A stretch of 64,000 nt of DNA from Actinomycetota bacterium (GTDB taxonomy: Bacteria > Actinomycetota > Actinomycetes > S36-B12 > FW305-bin1): NCBI GenBank assembly GCA_004297305.1, contig SCTR01000007.1:106871-170870 (forward strand), read 5' to 3'. The notes beneath the pieces are model-generated. The model was not told where the DNA came from, did not search any database, and saw only the letters and a list, made by a program, of their open reading frames with translations. This document shows positions 31,658 to 42,682 of this stretch, piece after piece; within the stretch, counting starts at the first letter, position 1, and each line of letters starts with the position of its first letter. The position numbers were made by a program, and so were the translations under genes.

Positions 31658-32934
31658 CCTCTCCGCCGGGGGACGGTGGGCTGCAACCCGGTGCCGAGTT
31701 CGTCGTCGAGGTCGGACCGGTGGCGCACGGCGGTCACTGTGTGGCGCGGCACGACGGTCAGGTGGTCTTCGTCCGGCACGCGCTGCCGGGGGAGCGGGTC
31801 CGGGTGGTGGTCACCGGCGTCGGGGCCCGCGGCCGTTACCTGCGAGCCGACGCCGTCGCCGTGCTCGCCGGCGCGGCCGGGCGCCGTACGCCGCCCTGCC
31901 CGCACGCCGGACCAGGGCGCTGCGGCGGCTGCGACTGGCAGCACGCGGTGCCCGAACTGCAGCGCGACCTCAAGGCCGCCGTCGTCCGTGAACAGTTGGA
32001 GCGCCTCGGTGGCGTTCACGGCCCGCTGGTCGATGCGATCCAGGTCGAACCTGTCGCCGGTGACGACGGCGGTCTCGGCTGGCGCTCGCGGGTGCGCTGG
32101 GGTGTGGACGAGGACGGCAGGCCGGGGCTTCGACGCCACCGTTCGCACGACCTCGAGGTGATCGAGCACTGTCCGCTGGTGACCGCCGGAGTCGACCGGA
32201 CGGGGGCAAGCCGTACCCGCTGGCCCGCGGCGCAGGAGGTGCACGTCGTGGCGTCGGCGGTGGGCGACCGGGTGGTCACGGCTACTCCCGCGGGGTCACC
32301 GCAACCGGCCTTGTCCGGCGATGTCGTCGTGCACACCGGCGGGCCGGCGCCTCGGGTGCGCGAGCGCGCCGCCGGACGGACCTGGCGGGTGAGCGCCACC
32401 GGCTTCTGGCAGGCCCATCCCGGTGCCGCCGACGCGTTCGTTGCTGCTGTCGCGGCGTACCTGCAACCGCGTCCCGGCGAGCATCTGCTCGATCTCTATT
32501 GCGGCGTCGGGCTTTTCGCCGGTGCGCTGGCGGCATCACTGGGGCCGGGCGGGCGGGTCGACGCGGTCGAGGCGGACGGGCAGGCGTGCGCCGACGCGCG
32601 ACGCAATCTGCACGACCTGCCGACCGTCCGGCTGCACCACGACCGCGTCGAACGGTGGTGGACGTCGCGCGCTGCCCCGAAGCGCTGCGACCTGGTCGTC
32701 CTCGACCCACCGCGTAGCGGCGCGGGTGAGGCCGTGCTGCGCGGCCTGGTACGCCGCCGTCCGCGGGCCGTCGCGTACGTCGCGTGCGACCCCGCCGCGC
32801 TGGCTCGCGACGTCCGGACGATGGGCAGCTTCGGGTATGTCCTGCAGGCGGTCCGAGCCTTCGACGCCTTCCCGAACACTCACCACCTGGAGTGCGTCGC
32901 CTTGCTCACGAAGACCGGCTCCGACCTGCGGTGA
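31654..32934 (+). CDS. TRAM-domain class I SAM-dependent RNA (uracil-5) methyltransferase (RlmD/TrmA family)
   Basis: N-terminal TRAM VAHGGHCVAR, CPHAG...CGGCDWQH, FWQAH, LDLYCGVG, LDPPRSG, YVACDP, FPNTHHLECV. Confidence 0.9.
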   Translation: MTSPPGDGGLQPGAEFVVEVGPVAHGGHCVARHDGQVVFVRHALPGERVRVVVTGVGARGRYLRADAVAVLAGAAGRRTPPCPHAGPGRCGGCDWQHAVPELQRDLKAAVVREQLERLGGVHGPLVDAIQVEPVAGDDGGLGWRSRVRWGVDEDGRPGLRRHRSHDLEVIEHCPLVTAGVDRTGASRTRWPAAQEVHVVASAVGDRVVTATPAGSPQPALSGDVVVHTGGPAPRVRERAAGRTWRVSATGFWQAHPGAADAFVAAVAAYLQPRPGEHLLDLYCGVGLFAGALAASLGPGGRVDAVEADGQACADARRNLHDLPTVRLHHDRVERWWTSRAAPKRCDLVVLDPPRSGAGEAVLRGLVRRRPRAVAYVACDPAALARDVRTMGSFGYVLQAVRAFDAFPNTHHLECVALLTKTGSDLR

Positions 32935-33174
32935 CGCACATCGGTGTATGGCGCCGAGGTCGAAATCGCCGGTGGCGACACGCCCTTGGGCCTCGTCACG
33001 TGTCGTCGGCACGCCGCCCAGCGCGATGGCAGCTGGTTCGCGAGGCACCTGTGGAAGGTGGCTCGGAGGCGCGGTCGACGCCGGTGGCCCGGTCGGCTCG
33101 ACGGCTCCCGGCGGCGCTACGGTGGCCGCGGTCCGGCCTGGCGGCCCGCCCGGTTCCGCGCCCGGGCAGCCAGG

Positions 33175-33192
33175 TATCTTGATGTCAAGAGA
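33175..33192. promoter_or_regulatory. Palindromic operator upstream of aconitase (TATCTTGATGTCAAGAGA)
   Basis: TCTTGA-TG-TCAAGA inverted repeat about 45 bp before the acnA ATG; AT-rich island in a GC-rich intergenic region. Confidence 0.65.
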
Positions 33193-33236
33193 TTGTGCGC
33201 GAGTGCGCCGCCGGGCGCAGGAGGACGAGGTCGACG

Positions 33237-36020
33237 ATGGCGAGCAAGGACAGCTTCGGTGCCCGGGGCACACTCGAATCCGGCGGGACGTCGTACGAGA
33301 TCTTCCGGATCGCTGCGGTCGACGGCTCGCAGCGGCTGCCCTTCACTCACAAGGTGTTGCTGGAGAACCTGTTGCGCACCGAGGACGGTGCCAACGTCAC
33401 CGCCGCGCAGATCTCCTCGCTCGGGTCGTGGGACCCGACGTCGGAGCCGACCGAGGAGATCCAGTTCTCGCCGGCCCGGGTGATCATGCAGGACTTCACC
33501 GGCGTGCCGTGTGTGGTCGACCTCGCCACCATGCGGGAAGCGGTGCGTGACCTCGGCGGCGATCCGGCGCGCATCAACCCGCTGGCCCCGGCCGAGCTGG
33601 TGATCGACCACTCCGTCATCGCCGACCACTTCGGCACCCCGCAGGCCCTCGACCTCAACGTCAGCCTCGAATACGAGCGCAACCGCGAGCGGTATCAGTT
33701 CCTGCGCTGGGGGCAGACGGCGTTCGACGAGTTCAAGGTCGTGCCACCCGGCACCGGCATCGTGCACCAGGTCAACATCGAACACCTGGCCCGCGTGGTG
33801 ATGGTCCGCAACGGCCAGGCGTACCCGGACAGCTGCGTCGGGACCGACTCGCACACCACGATGGTCAACGGGCTGGGCGTCCTCGGTTGGGGCGTGGGCG
33901 GTATTGAGGCCGAGGCCGCCATGCTCGGGCAGCCGGTGTCGATGCTCATCCCGCGCGTCGTGGGTTTCAAACTCAGCGGAGAACTGCCGGCCGGCGCGAC
34001 GGCGACCGACCTCGTGCTCACCATCACCGAGATGCTGCGACAGCACGGGGTCGTCGGGAAGTTCGTGGAGTTCTACGGTTCCGGTGTCGCCGCCGTCTCC
34101 CTGGCCAACCGCGCGACCATCGGAAACATGAGCCCGGAGTACGGCTCGACCGCCGCGATCTTCCCGGTCGACGACGAGACGCTGGCGTACCTGCGGCTCA
34201 CCGGCCGCGACGAGGCCCAGGTCGCGTTGATCGAGGCGTACGCCAAGGCGCAGGGCCTGTGGCACGACTCGGCCCACGAACCGGTGTACTCGGAGTACCT
34301 GGAACTGGATCTCGGGCAGGTCGTCCCGTCGTTGGCCGGACCGAAGCGTCCGCAGGACCGCGTGGCGTTGGCGGCTGCTCGCACCAGCTTCCGCGAGGCC
34401 CTCACCAACTACACCGGCGACGGCGTGCAGACCGCCCTCGACGAGGGCGTGGCCGAGACGTTCCCGGCCAGCGACCCGGTGGCGGTCGACGTCGCCGAGC
34501 CGGCGCCGGTGGTCCACTCCGCGGCGCACGGCTCGAACGGTCGTCCGTCCCGGCCGACGCAGGTCCAGTTCGCCGACGGCCGCAGCTGCGTGATCGACCA
34601 CGGCGCGGTCGTGATCGCGGCCATCACGTCGTGCACCAACACCTCCAACCCCGAGGTGATGATCGGTGCGGGCCTGCTGGCGAAGAACGCCGTCGAGCGC
34701 GGCCTGGTGACCAAACCGTGGGTCAAGACCACGCTCGGCCCCGGATCCAAGGTCGTCACGGACTACTACGACAAGGCGGGCCTGACGCCGTACCTGGACA
34801 AGCTCGGGTTCAACGTCGTCGGGTACGGCTGCACGACCTGCATCGGCAACTCCGGCCCGCTGCCGGACGAGGTCAGCGCCGCGGTCAACGCCAGCGACCT
34901 CGCCGTGGTCAGTGTGTTGTCGGGCAACCGGAACTTCGAGGGCCGGATCAATCCCGACGTGAAGATGAACTACCTGGCCTCGCCGCCGCTGGTCGTCGCG
35001 TACGCGCTGGCCGGTTCCATGGACATCGACATCACCACCGAGCCGCTGGGTACCGACCCCGCCGGCAAGCCGGTGTACCTCACCGACGTCTGGCCGACCG
35101 CGCAGCAGGTGCAGGCGGTCATCGATTCGTGTATCGACGCGGAGATGTTCTCCAGCAAGTACGCCGACGTGTTCGCCGGTGACAGCCGGTGGCAGGAACT
35201 GCCGACCCCGCGGGGGAACACGTTCGACTGGAACGGTGACTCCACGTACATCCGGAAGCCGCCGTACTTCGAGGGCATGCCGCTGCAGCCCCAACCGGTG
35301 TCCGACCTCACCGGTGCCCGGGTGCTGGCCAAGCTGGGCGACTCGGTCACCACGGACCACATCTCGCCGGCGGGCTCCATCAAAGCCGACTCGCCGGCCG
35401 GGCGGTACCTGCAGGAACACGGCGTCGCGAAATCGGACTTCAACTCCTACGGCTCCCGGCGAGGCAACCACGAGGTGATGATCCGGGGCACGTTCGCCAA
35501 CATCCGGTTGCGCAACCAGTTGCTGGACGGCGTCGAGGGCGGCTACACCGTCGACCTGCTCGACCCGGCCAAGCCGCAGGTCTTCATCTACGACGCTGCG
35601 CAGTCATACGCCGCCGCCGGAGTGCCGCTGGTGATCCTGGCAGGCAAGGAGTACGGGTCCGGCTCGTCGCGTGACTGGGCGGCGAAGGGCACCGCACTGC
35701 TGGGCGTGAAAGCGGTGATCGCCGAGTCCTACGAGCGGATCCACCGCTCCAACCTGATCGGGATGGGCGTCCTGCCGCTGCAGTACCTGCCGGGTCAGGA
35801 TGCTGCCGTGCTGGGACTGACCGGCGAGGAGACGTTCGCGGTCAGCGGTGTGGTCGAACTCAACGAGGGCCGCATTCCCCGGCAGGTTGCGGTGGAGGCG
35901 GTCAAGGAGGACGGCACGGTCACCGAGTTCACCGCCACGCTGCGGATCGACACCCCCGGTGAGGCGGACTACTACCGCCACGGCGGGATCCTGCAGTACG
36001 TCCTGCGGTCCCTGCTGTGA
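33237..36020 (+). CDS. acnA: Aconitate hydratase AcnA
   Basis: [75 protein letters not shown]. Confidence 0.98.
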   Translation: MASKDSFGARGTLESGGTSYEIFRIAAVDGSQRLPFTHKVLLENLLRTEDGANVTAAQISSLGSWDPTSEPTEEIQFSPARVIMQDFTGVPCVVDLATMREAVRDLGGDPARINPLAPAELVIDHSVIADHFGTPQALDLNVSLEYERNRERYQFLRWGQTAFDEFKVVPPGTGIVHQVNIEHLARVVMVRNGQAYPDSCVGTDSHTTMVNGLGVLGWGVGGIEAEAAMLGQPVSMLIPRVVGFKLSGELPAGATATDLVLTITEMLRQHGVVGKFVEFYGSGVAAVSLANRATIGNMSPEYGSTAAIFPVDDETLAYLRLTGRDEAQVALIEAYAKAQGLWHDSAHEPVYSEYLELDLGQVVPSLAGPKRPQDRVALAAARTSFREALTNYTGDGVQTALDEGVAETFPASDPVAVDVAEPAPVVHSAAHGSNGRPSRPTQVQFADGRSCVIDHGAVVIAAITSCTNTSNPEVMIGAGLLAKNAVERGLVTKPWVKTTLGPGSKVVTDYYDKAGLTPYLDKLGFNVVGYGCTTCIGNSGPLPDEVSAAVNASDLAVVSVLSGNRNFEGRINPDVKMNYLASPPLVVAYALAGSMDIDITTEPLGTDPAGKPVYLTDVWPTAQQVQAVIDSCIDAEMFSSKYADVFAGDSRWQELPTPRGNTFDWNGDSTYIRKPPYFEGMPLQPQPVSDLTGARVLAKLGDSVTTDHISPAGSIKADSPAGRYLQEHGVAKSDFNSYGSRRGNHEVMIRGTFANIRLRNQLLDGVEGGYTVDLLDPAKPQVFIYDAAQSYAAAGVPLVILAGKEYGSGSSRDWAAKGTALLGVKAVIAESYERIHRSNLIGMGVLPLQYLPGQDAAVLGLTGEETFAVSGVVELNEGRIPRQVAVEAVKEDGTVTEFTATLRIDTPGEADYYRHGGILQYVLRSLL

Positions 36021-36077
36021 CAGCTGCGGTCGCCGCACCGCGCGGCTGAGCGACCGCACCCGTCACGGACGACGTCG

Positions 36078-36452
36078 ATGAGCGTGACGCCGCCGGGCTG
36101 GCCGCCGGCACTGCCGGCACCCGGGCACGCTCAGCTGCCTGCCCGGGCCGTGGCGTGGCTGCTGGACCAGGGCCCGCCGGAACTGCGCGGGTACGCCGTG
36201 CTGCGCGCCCACCCGGTGGCGCTCGCCCGCGTCGTGGCCCACCACGTCGAGGCCTGCCTGGACGGCGCCCGGCAGACCTACGCCGGTGTCCGGCGCGAAC
36301 TCGGCGAGCTGCTGCCCCCGGAGGCGGTGGCCGCCGTCCTCGTGGCCGTCGAGGCCGAGGGGACGCGGCTGGTGGCGCTGCAGCGCGAGGTGGACCTGGT
36401 CGAACGTGCCTTGCGCGGCCAGACGTGGCGGCCACGGCTGGGCCCCGGCTGA
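36078..36452 (+). CDS. Conserved actinobacterial hypothetical protein
   Basis: PPGWP...WLLDQGPPELRGYAVLRAHP...LVERALRG; fills the acnA-dxs gap on the same strand. Confidence 0.7.
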   Translation: MSVTPPGWPPALPAPGHAQLPARAVAWLLDQGPPELRGYAVLRAHPVALARVVAHHVEACLDGARQTYAGVRRELGELLPPEAVAAVLVAVEAEGTRLVALQREVDLVERALRGQTWRPRLGPG

Positions 36453-36533
36453 CCGGCCGCCGGATGCCCCGCGGTCGCCGGGGGGCCGCCGTACACTCGG
36501 GGCGGCACCGATCAGGGACGGAAGGGGACCCGC

Positions 36534-38489
36534 GTGGGCCTGCTCGACGGCATCGGCTCACCGGAGGACCTGCGCCGGCTGGCACCGGAGGCGATGCCCG
36601 CGCTCGCCGACGAGATCCGGGCAGTCCTGGTCGACCAGGTCACTCGATCCGGCGGGCACCTGGGGCCCAACCTCGGCGTCGTCGAGTTGACCATCGCGCT
36701 GCATCGGGTGTTCCGCTCCCCGGGTGACGCGATTCTGTTCGACACCGGCCACCAGGCGTACGTGCACAAGATGCTGACCGGCCGGCAGACCGGATTCGGC
36801 CGGCTCCGCAAGCAGGGCGGGCTGTCCGGCTACCCGTCACGGGCGGAGAGCCCGCACGACGTGATCGAGAACTCTCACGCGTCGACCTCGCTGGCCTACG
36901 CCGACGGGATCGCCAAGGGCTGGCAGCGCAGCGGCGAACTCGGTCAGCGGCACGTCGTCGCCGTGATCGGCGACGGCGCGCTGACCGGCGGGATGGCGTG
37001 GGAGGCGCTGAACAACATCGCCGCGGCCAAGGACCGGCCCGTGGTCATCGTGGTGAACGACAACGAGCGGTCCTACTCCACCACGATCGGCGGCCTGGCC
37101 CACCACCTGGCCACCCTGCGCACGACCCGCGGGTACGAGCGGTTCCTGCTGTGGGGCAAGCGTTTCCTGCGCCGTACGCCGGTCGTCGGGCCGCCGGTCT
37201 ACGAGACGCTGCACGGGGTGAAGAAGGGCATCAAGGACGTCGTCGCGCCGCAGGGAATGTTCGAGGACCTGGGCCTGAAGTACGTCGGTCCGGTCGATGG
37301 GCACGACGTCGCGGCACTCGAACACGCGCTGCGCCGGGCCAAGGGTTACGCCGGTCCCGTGATCGTGCACGCGATCACCGAGAAGGGCCACGGGTACCGT
37401 CCTGCGGTCGAGGACGAGGCCGACCGGTTCCACTCGGTGGCGGCCTGCGACCCGGACACCGGTCTGCCGCCGGCCGGCGGCGCCACCAGCTGGACCGCCG
37501 TGTTCGCCGCCACCCTGGTCGAGCTGGGGCGGGAGCGCGACGACATCGTGGCGATCACCGCAGCGATGCCGGGTCCGACCGGTCTGGACGTCTTCGGGCG
37601 GGCGTTCCCGGGTCGCTGCTACGACGTCGGGATCGCCGAGCAGCACGCCGTGACCTCGGCCGCCGGGCTGGCGTTCACCGGCCTGCACCCGGTCGTCGCG
37701 GTCTACGCGACCTTCCTCAACCGGGCGTACGACCAGGTGCTGCTGGACGTGGCGCTGCACCGCGCTCCGGTGACGTTCGCCCTCGACCGCGCCGGCGTGA
37801 CCGGCGAAGACGGGCCCAGCCACAACGGCGTCTGGGACCTGGCCCTGCTGTCGGCCGTTCCCGGCTTGCGAGTCGCCGCGCCCCGTGACGGGGACGAGTT
37901 GGCGGCGCTGCTGCGTGAGGCGGTCGGTGTCGACGACGGCCCGACCGTCGTCCGGTTCCCGAAAGGGGCGGTGCCGCCTGCCCAGCCGAGCCTGCAGCGT
38001 ACGGGCGGCTGTGATCTCCTCCGGCTGCCGGCGACGTCGGACACCCCGGCCGACGTGCTGGTGGTGAGCGTGGGCGGCCTGGCCGGGCTGTGCCTCGCCG
38101 TGGCCGACCGGCTGGCCGACCACGGCGTCTCGGTCACCGTCCTCGACCCCCGCTGGGTGCTGCCGGTGCCGGCCGAGGTGACGGCCCGAGCGGCCCACCA
38201 CCGGCTCGTGGTGACCGTCGAGGACGGTGTGCGGATGGGTGGGGTCGGCAGCGCCGTCGCCCTGGCCCTGCAGGACGCCGGGGTCGGGACACCGGTCCGT
38301 TGCTTCGGCCTGCCTGCGTCGTTCCTGGCTCAGGGCAGCCGGGCCGAGGTGCTCGCCGACAACGGTTTGACGGCCCAGGACATCGCCCGCGCGGTCGTCG
38401 AAGAGGTCGCGCATCTGGACGAGTACCGCGCCGCTCCGGCCGGTCCGCTCGGCGCCCTCGCCGACGAAGGCCACCCGGCCGACGGCTGA
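36534..38489 (+). CDS. dxs: 1-deoxy-D-xylulose-5-phosphate synthase
   Basis: [59 protein letters not shown]. Confidence 0.97.
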   Translation: MGLLDGIGSPEDLRRLAPEAMPALADEIRAVLVDQVTRSGGHLGPNLGVVELTIALHRVFRSPGDAILFDTGHQAYVHKMLTGRQTGFGRLRKQGGLSGYPSRAESPHDVIENSHASTSLAYADGIAKGWQRSGELGQRHVVAVIGDGALTGGMAWEALNNIAAAKDRPVVIVVNDNERSYSTTIGGLAHHLATLRTTRGYERFLLWGKRFLRRTPVVGPPVYETLHGVKKGIKDVVAPQGMFEDLGLKYVGPVDGHDVAALEHALRRAKGYAGPVIVHAITEKGHGYRPAVEDEADRFHSVAACDPDTGLPPAGGATSWTAVFAATLVELGRERDDIVAITAAMPGPTGLDVFGRAFPGRCYDVGIAEQHAVTSAAGLAFTGLHPVVAVYATFLNRAYDQVLLDVALHRAPVTFALDRAGVTGEDGPSHNGVWDLALLSAVPGLRVAAPRDGDELAALLREAVGVDDGPTVVRFPKGAVPPAQPSLQRTGGCDLLRLPATSDTPADVLVVSVGGLAGLCLAVADRLADHGVSVTVLDPRWVLPVPAEVTARAAHHRLVVTVEDGVRMGGVGSAVALALQDAGVGTPVRCFGLPASFLAQGSRAEVLADNGLTAQDIARAVVEEVAHLDEYRAAPAGPLGALADEGHPADG

Positions 38490-38493
38490 CCGG

Positions 38494-39387
38494 TCAGCCC
38501 GCCGGCCACCGCTGCGGCGGCTGGACGTAGTCGCCGATCACCGGATCGGCGACGGCCGGCGTCCGCGGGTCGCCGCCGTACCGCACCTGCACGATCTCGT
38601 CCGCGGTGATCAGGATGGGACGGTCGAAACCGCGCTCGTGCGGCTCGGTGAGGGCGGCGGCTGCCAGGGCGAACGCCGGGTCGAGCCGGCGCAGGTCCAG
38701 CCAGCCGCGGTGGCGCGCCGGAACGGCGGCCGGCCGCATCCGGGCCGGATCGTCGGCGACGATCGCCCGGCGGAATGTCGCGGACGCCAGCAGGGTCACC
38801 ACGTCGACCTCGCCGACCGGCCGCAGCGGGGTGTCGGGGTTGCGGCGGTGCCGCTCGGCGGCGAGCGCGCCGAGCCGGGCCAGGTGGTACTCGGCCCGGT
38901 CGGCAGCGGCGAACGCGTCCCAGGCCGTGCCCCGTACCACCGGTTCCAGGAGTGGTTGGACGGTGTTCGGCGGCGGATCGCGCAGGTCGATCACGCCGCC
39001 GTCGTCGAGCGGATTCGGTTGCGGCACAAGGCCGACTCCCACGTCGAGGCAGCCGCCCAGGACGCTGCGGTGCGGCCAGCCCGGTCCGGGGTGCAGGACG
39101 TGCCCGCGGGGGAGTGCCACCGGCCTGACCCGGTCGAGCAGCGCATCGGGCGCCGCCAACGCCAGCTGGCGTAGGGCAACCGCGGCGCGGAACCGTTCGG
39201 CGCCGGCGCGGGGCTCGCCGTACGCCGCCGACAGCAGCGCGCCGACGTCCTGCCATGCCAACTGCCACGTCGTGCCTTCGATGGCCACGTCGACGCCGTC
39301 ATCGGCTGGCGTCACCTCGACGTCGTGCAGGACGGCGGCCGCCAGCACGGCCCGGCGCAGCGCCGTCACCTGCCCGTCGCCGGTCAT
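38494..39387 (-). CDS. Hypothetical protein (297 aa)
   Basis: Long ORF with ATG filling the dxs-FTR1 gap and typical GC3 bias; no family recognised. Confidence 0.7.
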   Translation of the reverse strand: MTGDGQVTALRRAVLAAAVLHDVEVTPADDGVDVAIEGTTWQLAWQDVGALLSAAYGEPRAGAERFRAAVALRQLALAAPDALLDRVRPVALPRGHVLHPGPGWPHRSVLGGCLDVGVGLVPQPNPLDDGGVIDLRDPPPNTVQPLLEPVVRGTAWDAFAAADRAEYHLARLGALAAERHRRNPDTPLRPVGEVDVVTLLASATFRRAIVADDPARMRPAAVPARHRGWLDLRRLDPAFALAAAALTEPHERGFDRPILITADEIVQVRYGGDPRTPAVADPVIGDYVQPPQRWPAG

Positions 39388-39499
39388 GCCAGCACGATAG
39401 GAACGCGGCCGGTTCGGAATCGACCGCCTGCGGGGTGACCGAGGTCGCTGTGTGTCAGTACCCGATCACGTCAGGCGGAGCGCCGAGTCTGCTTGCGGT

Positions 39500-40369
39500 T
39501 CAAGCCGAAGCAGGGGAGTGCGACTCGGCCCGGGGGTTCGGTGTGGCGGGTGCGGCGGGACGGTACGGCCGGAAGTACAGCACCATGACCGGGACTAGGT
39601 AGCCGACCCAGGCCACCAGTTCGAGCCACGTGGTGGCCGGCGAGAAGTTGAAGATTCCCTTGAGCAGCGTGCCGTACCAGCTCGACGGCGGAACGGCGCT
39701 GCTGACGTCGAACGCGAGCGAGTTCAGCCCCGGCAGGATCCCCGCCTCCTGCAGGTCGTGTACGCCGTACGACAGGACCCCCGCGGCGATGAGGATGAGC
39801 AGCGCGCCGGTCCAGCGGAAGAACACGGCGAGGTTGAGCTTCAGCGCCCCGCGGTAGATCAGCCAGCCCAGGACGACGGCGACCAGCAGACCGAGGATCG
39901 CGCCGATGATCGGCCCTGTGCCAGAAGACGTCCCGGCCGCCTGAGTGTTCGTCCAGAGGAACAGAGCCGTTTCGAGTCCCTCACGGCCGACGGCGAGGAA
40001 GGCGACCAGCGCGAGGGCGAACGCGCCGGCGTCGAGGGCCGCGGCCAGCTGTCCCTGCAACTCGCCCTTGAGTTGGCGTGACGCGCGCCGCATCCAGAAG
40101 ACCATCCAGGTCACGAATCCGACCGCGATGATCGACAGGACGCCGCCGAACGCCTCCTGCGCCTCGAACGTCAGCGAGCGGGAGGTGAAGGTCAGCAGGG
40201 CACCGAACGACAGCGACAGGACCAGGGCCAGCCCGATCCCGGCCCAGACCCACGGCAGCTTGCGGCGGTTGCCGGTACGTACCAGGTAGGCCACGAGGAT
40301 GCCCACCACCAGCGAGGCTTCGAGCCCTTCCCGGAGCCCGATGAGGAAGTTCGGGTACGCGTAGGTCAT
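39500..40369 (-). CDS. efeU: FTR1/EfeU-family iron permease
   Basis: Two RExxE motifs (LREGLEA, GREGLET); about 7 TM segments; YGVHDLQEAG. Confidence 0.92.
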   Translation of the reverse strand: MTYAYPNFLIGLREGLEASLVVGILVAYLVRTGNRRKLPWVWAGIGLALVLSLSFGALLTFTSRSLTFEAQEAFGGVLSIIAVGFVTWMVFWMRRASRQLKGELQGQLAAALDAGAFALALVAFLAVGREGLETALFLWTNTQAAGTSSGTGPIIGAILGLLVAVVLGWLIYRGALKLNLAVFFRWTGALLILIAAGVLSYGVHDLQEAGILPGLNSLAFDVSSAVPPSSWYGTLLKGIFNFSPATTWLELVAWVGYLVPVMVLYFRPYRPAAPATPNPRAESHSPASA

Positions 40370-40393
40370 GGGACGCCCTCCAGTGCGTGGGCC

Positions 40394-40412
40394 TACGGTA
40401 AGGCATACCTAC
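40394..40412. promoter_or_regulatory. IdeR/DtxR/DmdR-type iron box
   Basis: TACGGTAAGGCATACCTAC matches 16/19 of the consensus TWAGGTWAGSCTWACCTWA, 25 bp upstream of the iron permease start. Confidence 0.7.
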
Positions 40413-40525
40413 TTTGGGGCGCGGACTGCCTACGGGCAGGGCGTCGGGCCGGACCGGTGGGCCGCCGCGCTGGTCGGGGCGTCGACAGAACGCTTCGGCA
40501 GGAGCCGGGTCCGCAGGCGGCCGCG

Positions 40526-41800
40526 TCAGTCAGGTGGTTGCGCGGCGGCGGTCAAGGCGGCCACGACCGGGCCGGTGATCAGCTCGACCTGCCACGGCCG
40601 CGCGCCGTGCTGACGGAAGTGGTCCGCGACCGTGCCGGCGTCGATGGGGTCCGGCGGGGTCCAGCACAGCCGGCGCAGGGTGTCGGGCGCGAGCAGGTTC
40701 TCGACCGGGGTGGCCCACCGCTCCGACAGTTCCGCCATGGCCGCCCGGCACGCCGCCAGCCGGCCGGCGGCCGCGGGGTCGCGATCAGGCCACGCGCGCG
40801 CCGGCGGCGGACCGACCGGGACCCGGCTGTTCGCCGGCAAGGCGGCCTCGGGTTCGGCGAGCGCGCGTTCGACGGCCTCCCACCACAGCCGGCTGTGCCG
40901 CCGCTGGCCCCGTCCGGCGAACTCGGGCAGCGCGACGAGGGCCGCTTCGGAGGACGGCATCGCCAGTGCGGCAGCGACGATCGCGAGGTCGGGCAGCACG
41001 CGGCCGGGGCTGATGTCGCGTGCCTGGCCGGCGCGGTCGCGGGCCTCCCACAGCGACCGGGCCACCGCGAGCTGGCGCCGGCTCCGGATCCGGTGGAGGC
41101 CGGACGTCCGTCGCCACGGATCCACCCGGGGCGGCGGCGGTCCAGCGGCCACGATCGCGGCGAACTCCTGTTCGGCCCAGCCGGTCTTCCCTTGCTCGGC
41201 CAGTTGGGTCGCCAGGACGTCGCGCAGTTCGACCAGAACCTCGACATCGAGTGCGGCATACCGCAGCCAGGGTTCGGGCAGCGGCCGGGTCGACCAGTCA
41301 GCCGCCGCGTGACCCTTCTCCAGGAGCAGACCGAGTTCGGATTCCACGAGCGCGCCGAGCCCCACCCGCGAGTGGCCGAGCAGCCGGCCGGCCAGCTCGG
41401 TGTCGAACACGCTGGACGGCCGCATCCCCAGTTCGGCCAGGCACGGCAGGTCCTGCGAGGCGGCGTGGACCACCCACTCCGTGGTGGCGAGGGCCGCGCC
41501 GACCGCCGAGAGGTCCCGCAGTGGCACGGGGTCGATGAGCACCGTGCCGGCGCCTGCCCGGCGCAGCTGGACGAGGTACGCCCGCTGCCCGTAGCGGTAA
41601 CCCGACGCCCGCTCGGCATCGACCGCCACCGGGCCGCTGCCGGCGGCCAAGCGTCGTACGGCGAGCTGCAGGTCTTCCGGATCGCACACCACCGGCGGGA
41701 CACCGTCACGCGGTGCCAGCAGCGGAACGGCTGTCGGAGCTGTGGCGGGGGAGTGCGGTGGGGTGGGCGGTTCGTCGCCGGCTACCGCCACGTCACTCAT
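40526..41800 (-). CDS. rnd: Ribonuclease D (DEDDy exonuclease with HRDC domain)
   Basis: VAVDAERASGYRY, HAASQDLPCL, FDTELAGRLL, YAALDVEVL, HRDC region RVLPD. Confidence 0.93.
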   Translation of the reverse strand: MSDVAVAGDEPPTPPHSPATAPTAVPLLAPRDGVPPVVCDPEDLQLAVRRLAAGSGPVAVDAERASGYRYGQRAYLVQLRRAGAGTVLIDPVPLRDLSAVGAALATTEWVVHAASQDLPCLAELGMRPSSVFDTELAGRLLGHSRVGLGALVESELGLLLEKGHAAADWSTRPLPEPWLRYAALDVEVLVELRDVLATQLAEQGKTGWAEQEFAAIVAAGPPPPRVDPWRRTSGLHRIRSRRQLAVARSLWEARDRAGQARDISPGRVLPDLAIVAAALAMPSSEAALVALPEFAGRGQRRHSRLWWEAVERALAEPEAALPANSRVPVGPPPARAWPDRDPAAAGRLAACRAAMAELSERWATPVENLLAPDTLRRLCWTPPDPIDAGTVADHFRQHGARPWQVELITGPVVAALTAAAQPPD

Positions 41801-41875
41801 CCGGGCCAATGTAGCGCCGCGGCCTGTCGCGACAGCTTCGCGGCAGGCCCCAGCCGCTGCGGGTCGTGGCAGCTG

Positions 41876-42502
41876 TCAGCGAACCAGACCGGATCGCATC
41901 GCCAACGCCACCATCTCGGCCCGGTCCCCGGTCCCCAGCTTCCGGGCGATCCGGGCGAGGTGGCTCTTGACCGTCAGAGCGGACAGGCCGAGTTCCTCGC
42001 CGACCTGCTTGTTGCTGCGACCATCCGAAACCAGTTGGAGCACTTCGACTTCGCGGGCCGACAACTCGTCCGGCGTGCCCGTGCGCTGCCGGCTGCGCGG
42101 GACGACGGCTGTGGCGCCGGCCGGGCCGGTGCTCTCCGGGATCACGACGTAGCCCCGGACCCCGGCGGCCAGCGCGGCGCGTACCGCGTAGGGGTCGTCC
42201 CGGCCGGTGAGCACCACGATCCGCTTCCAGCCCACCTGGCGCAGATCCTGCAGCAGCGGCAGGACGGGGGAGTCCGGCAGTGATGCGTCGACGACGCACA
42301 GATCGTGGGCGCCTTCGGTGCGGCCCCGCACCCGTGCCTCGGCCGCACTGGCCGCCTCGACGACCTCGCGGGCACCGAGGCCACGCAACCGGGCGACCAT
42401 CGCGACCCGTCGTTGCGGCGAGGAACTGACCACCATCGCGGTGAAGCGGTGGCGGGACATGGCCGTAAGCGGTCCACCCGGGCGTTCGACGACGGCGACC
42501 AC
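41876..42502 (-). CDS. LuxR/NarL-family response regulator, atypical receiver domain
   Basis: C-terminal LSAREVEVLQLVSDGRSNKQVG...TVKSHLARI; receiver-like VVDASLPD; start uncertain (42502 or 42460). Confidence 0.85.
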   Translation of the reverse strand: MVAVVERPGGPLTAMSRHRFTAMVVSSSPQRRVAMVARLRGLGAREVVEAASAAEARVRGRTEGAHDLCVVDASLPDSPVLPLLQDLRQVGWKRIVVLTGRDDPYAVRAALAAGVRGYVVIPESTGPAGATAVVPRSRQRTGTPDELSAREVEVLQLVSDGRSNKQVGEELGLSALTVKSHLARIARKLGTGDRAEMVALAMRSGLVR

Positions 42503-42682
42503 CGGACCTCCTCGCTGTGGACCGCCCGGGCGGCGGCGACACCACAGTCATCGGCCTGCGGCTGGGGATGCTTGAACCGGCCGTCCGGGCGATCCGGGCA
42601 GTACCGACGGTGACGGAGCGCAAGGGGCGACGCCGCCGGGCCTTGAGCCGCACCGGACTTGCAGCCGTGCCGCGCTGTCCAG

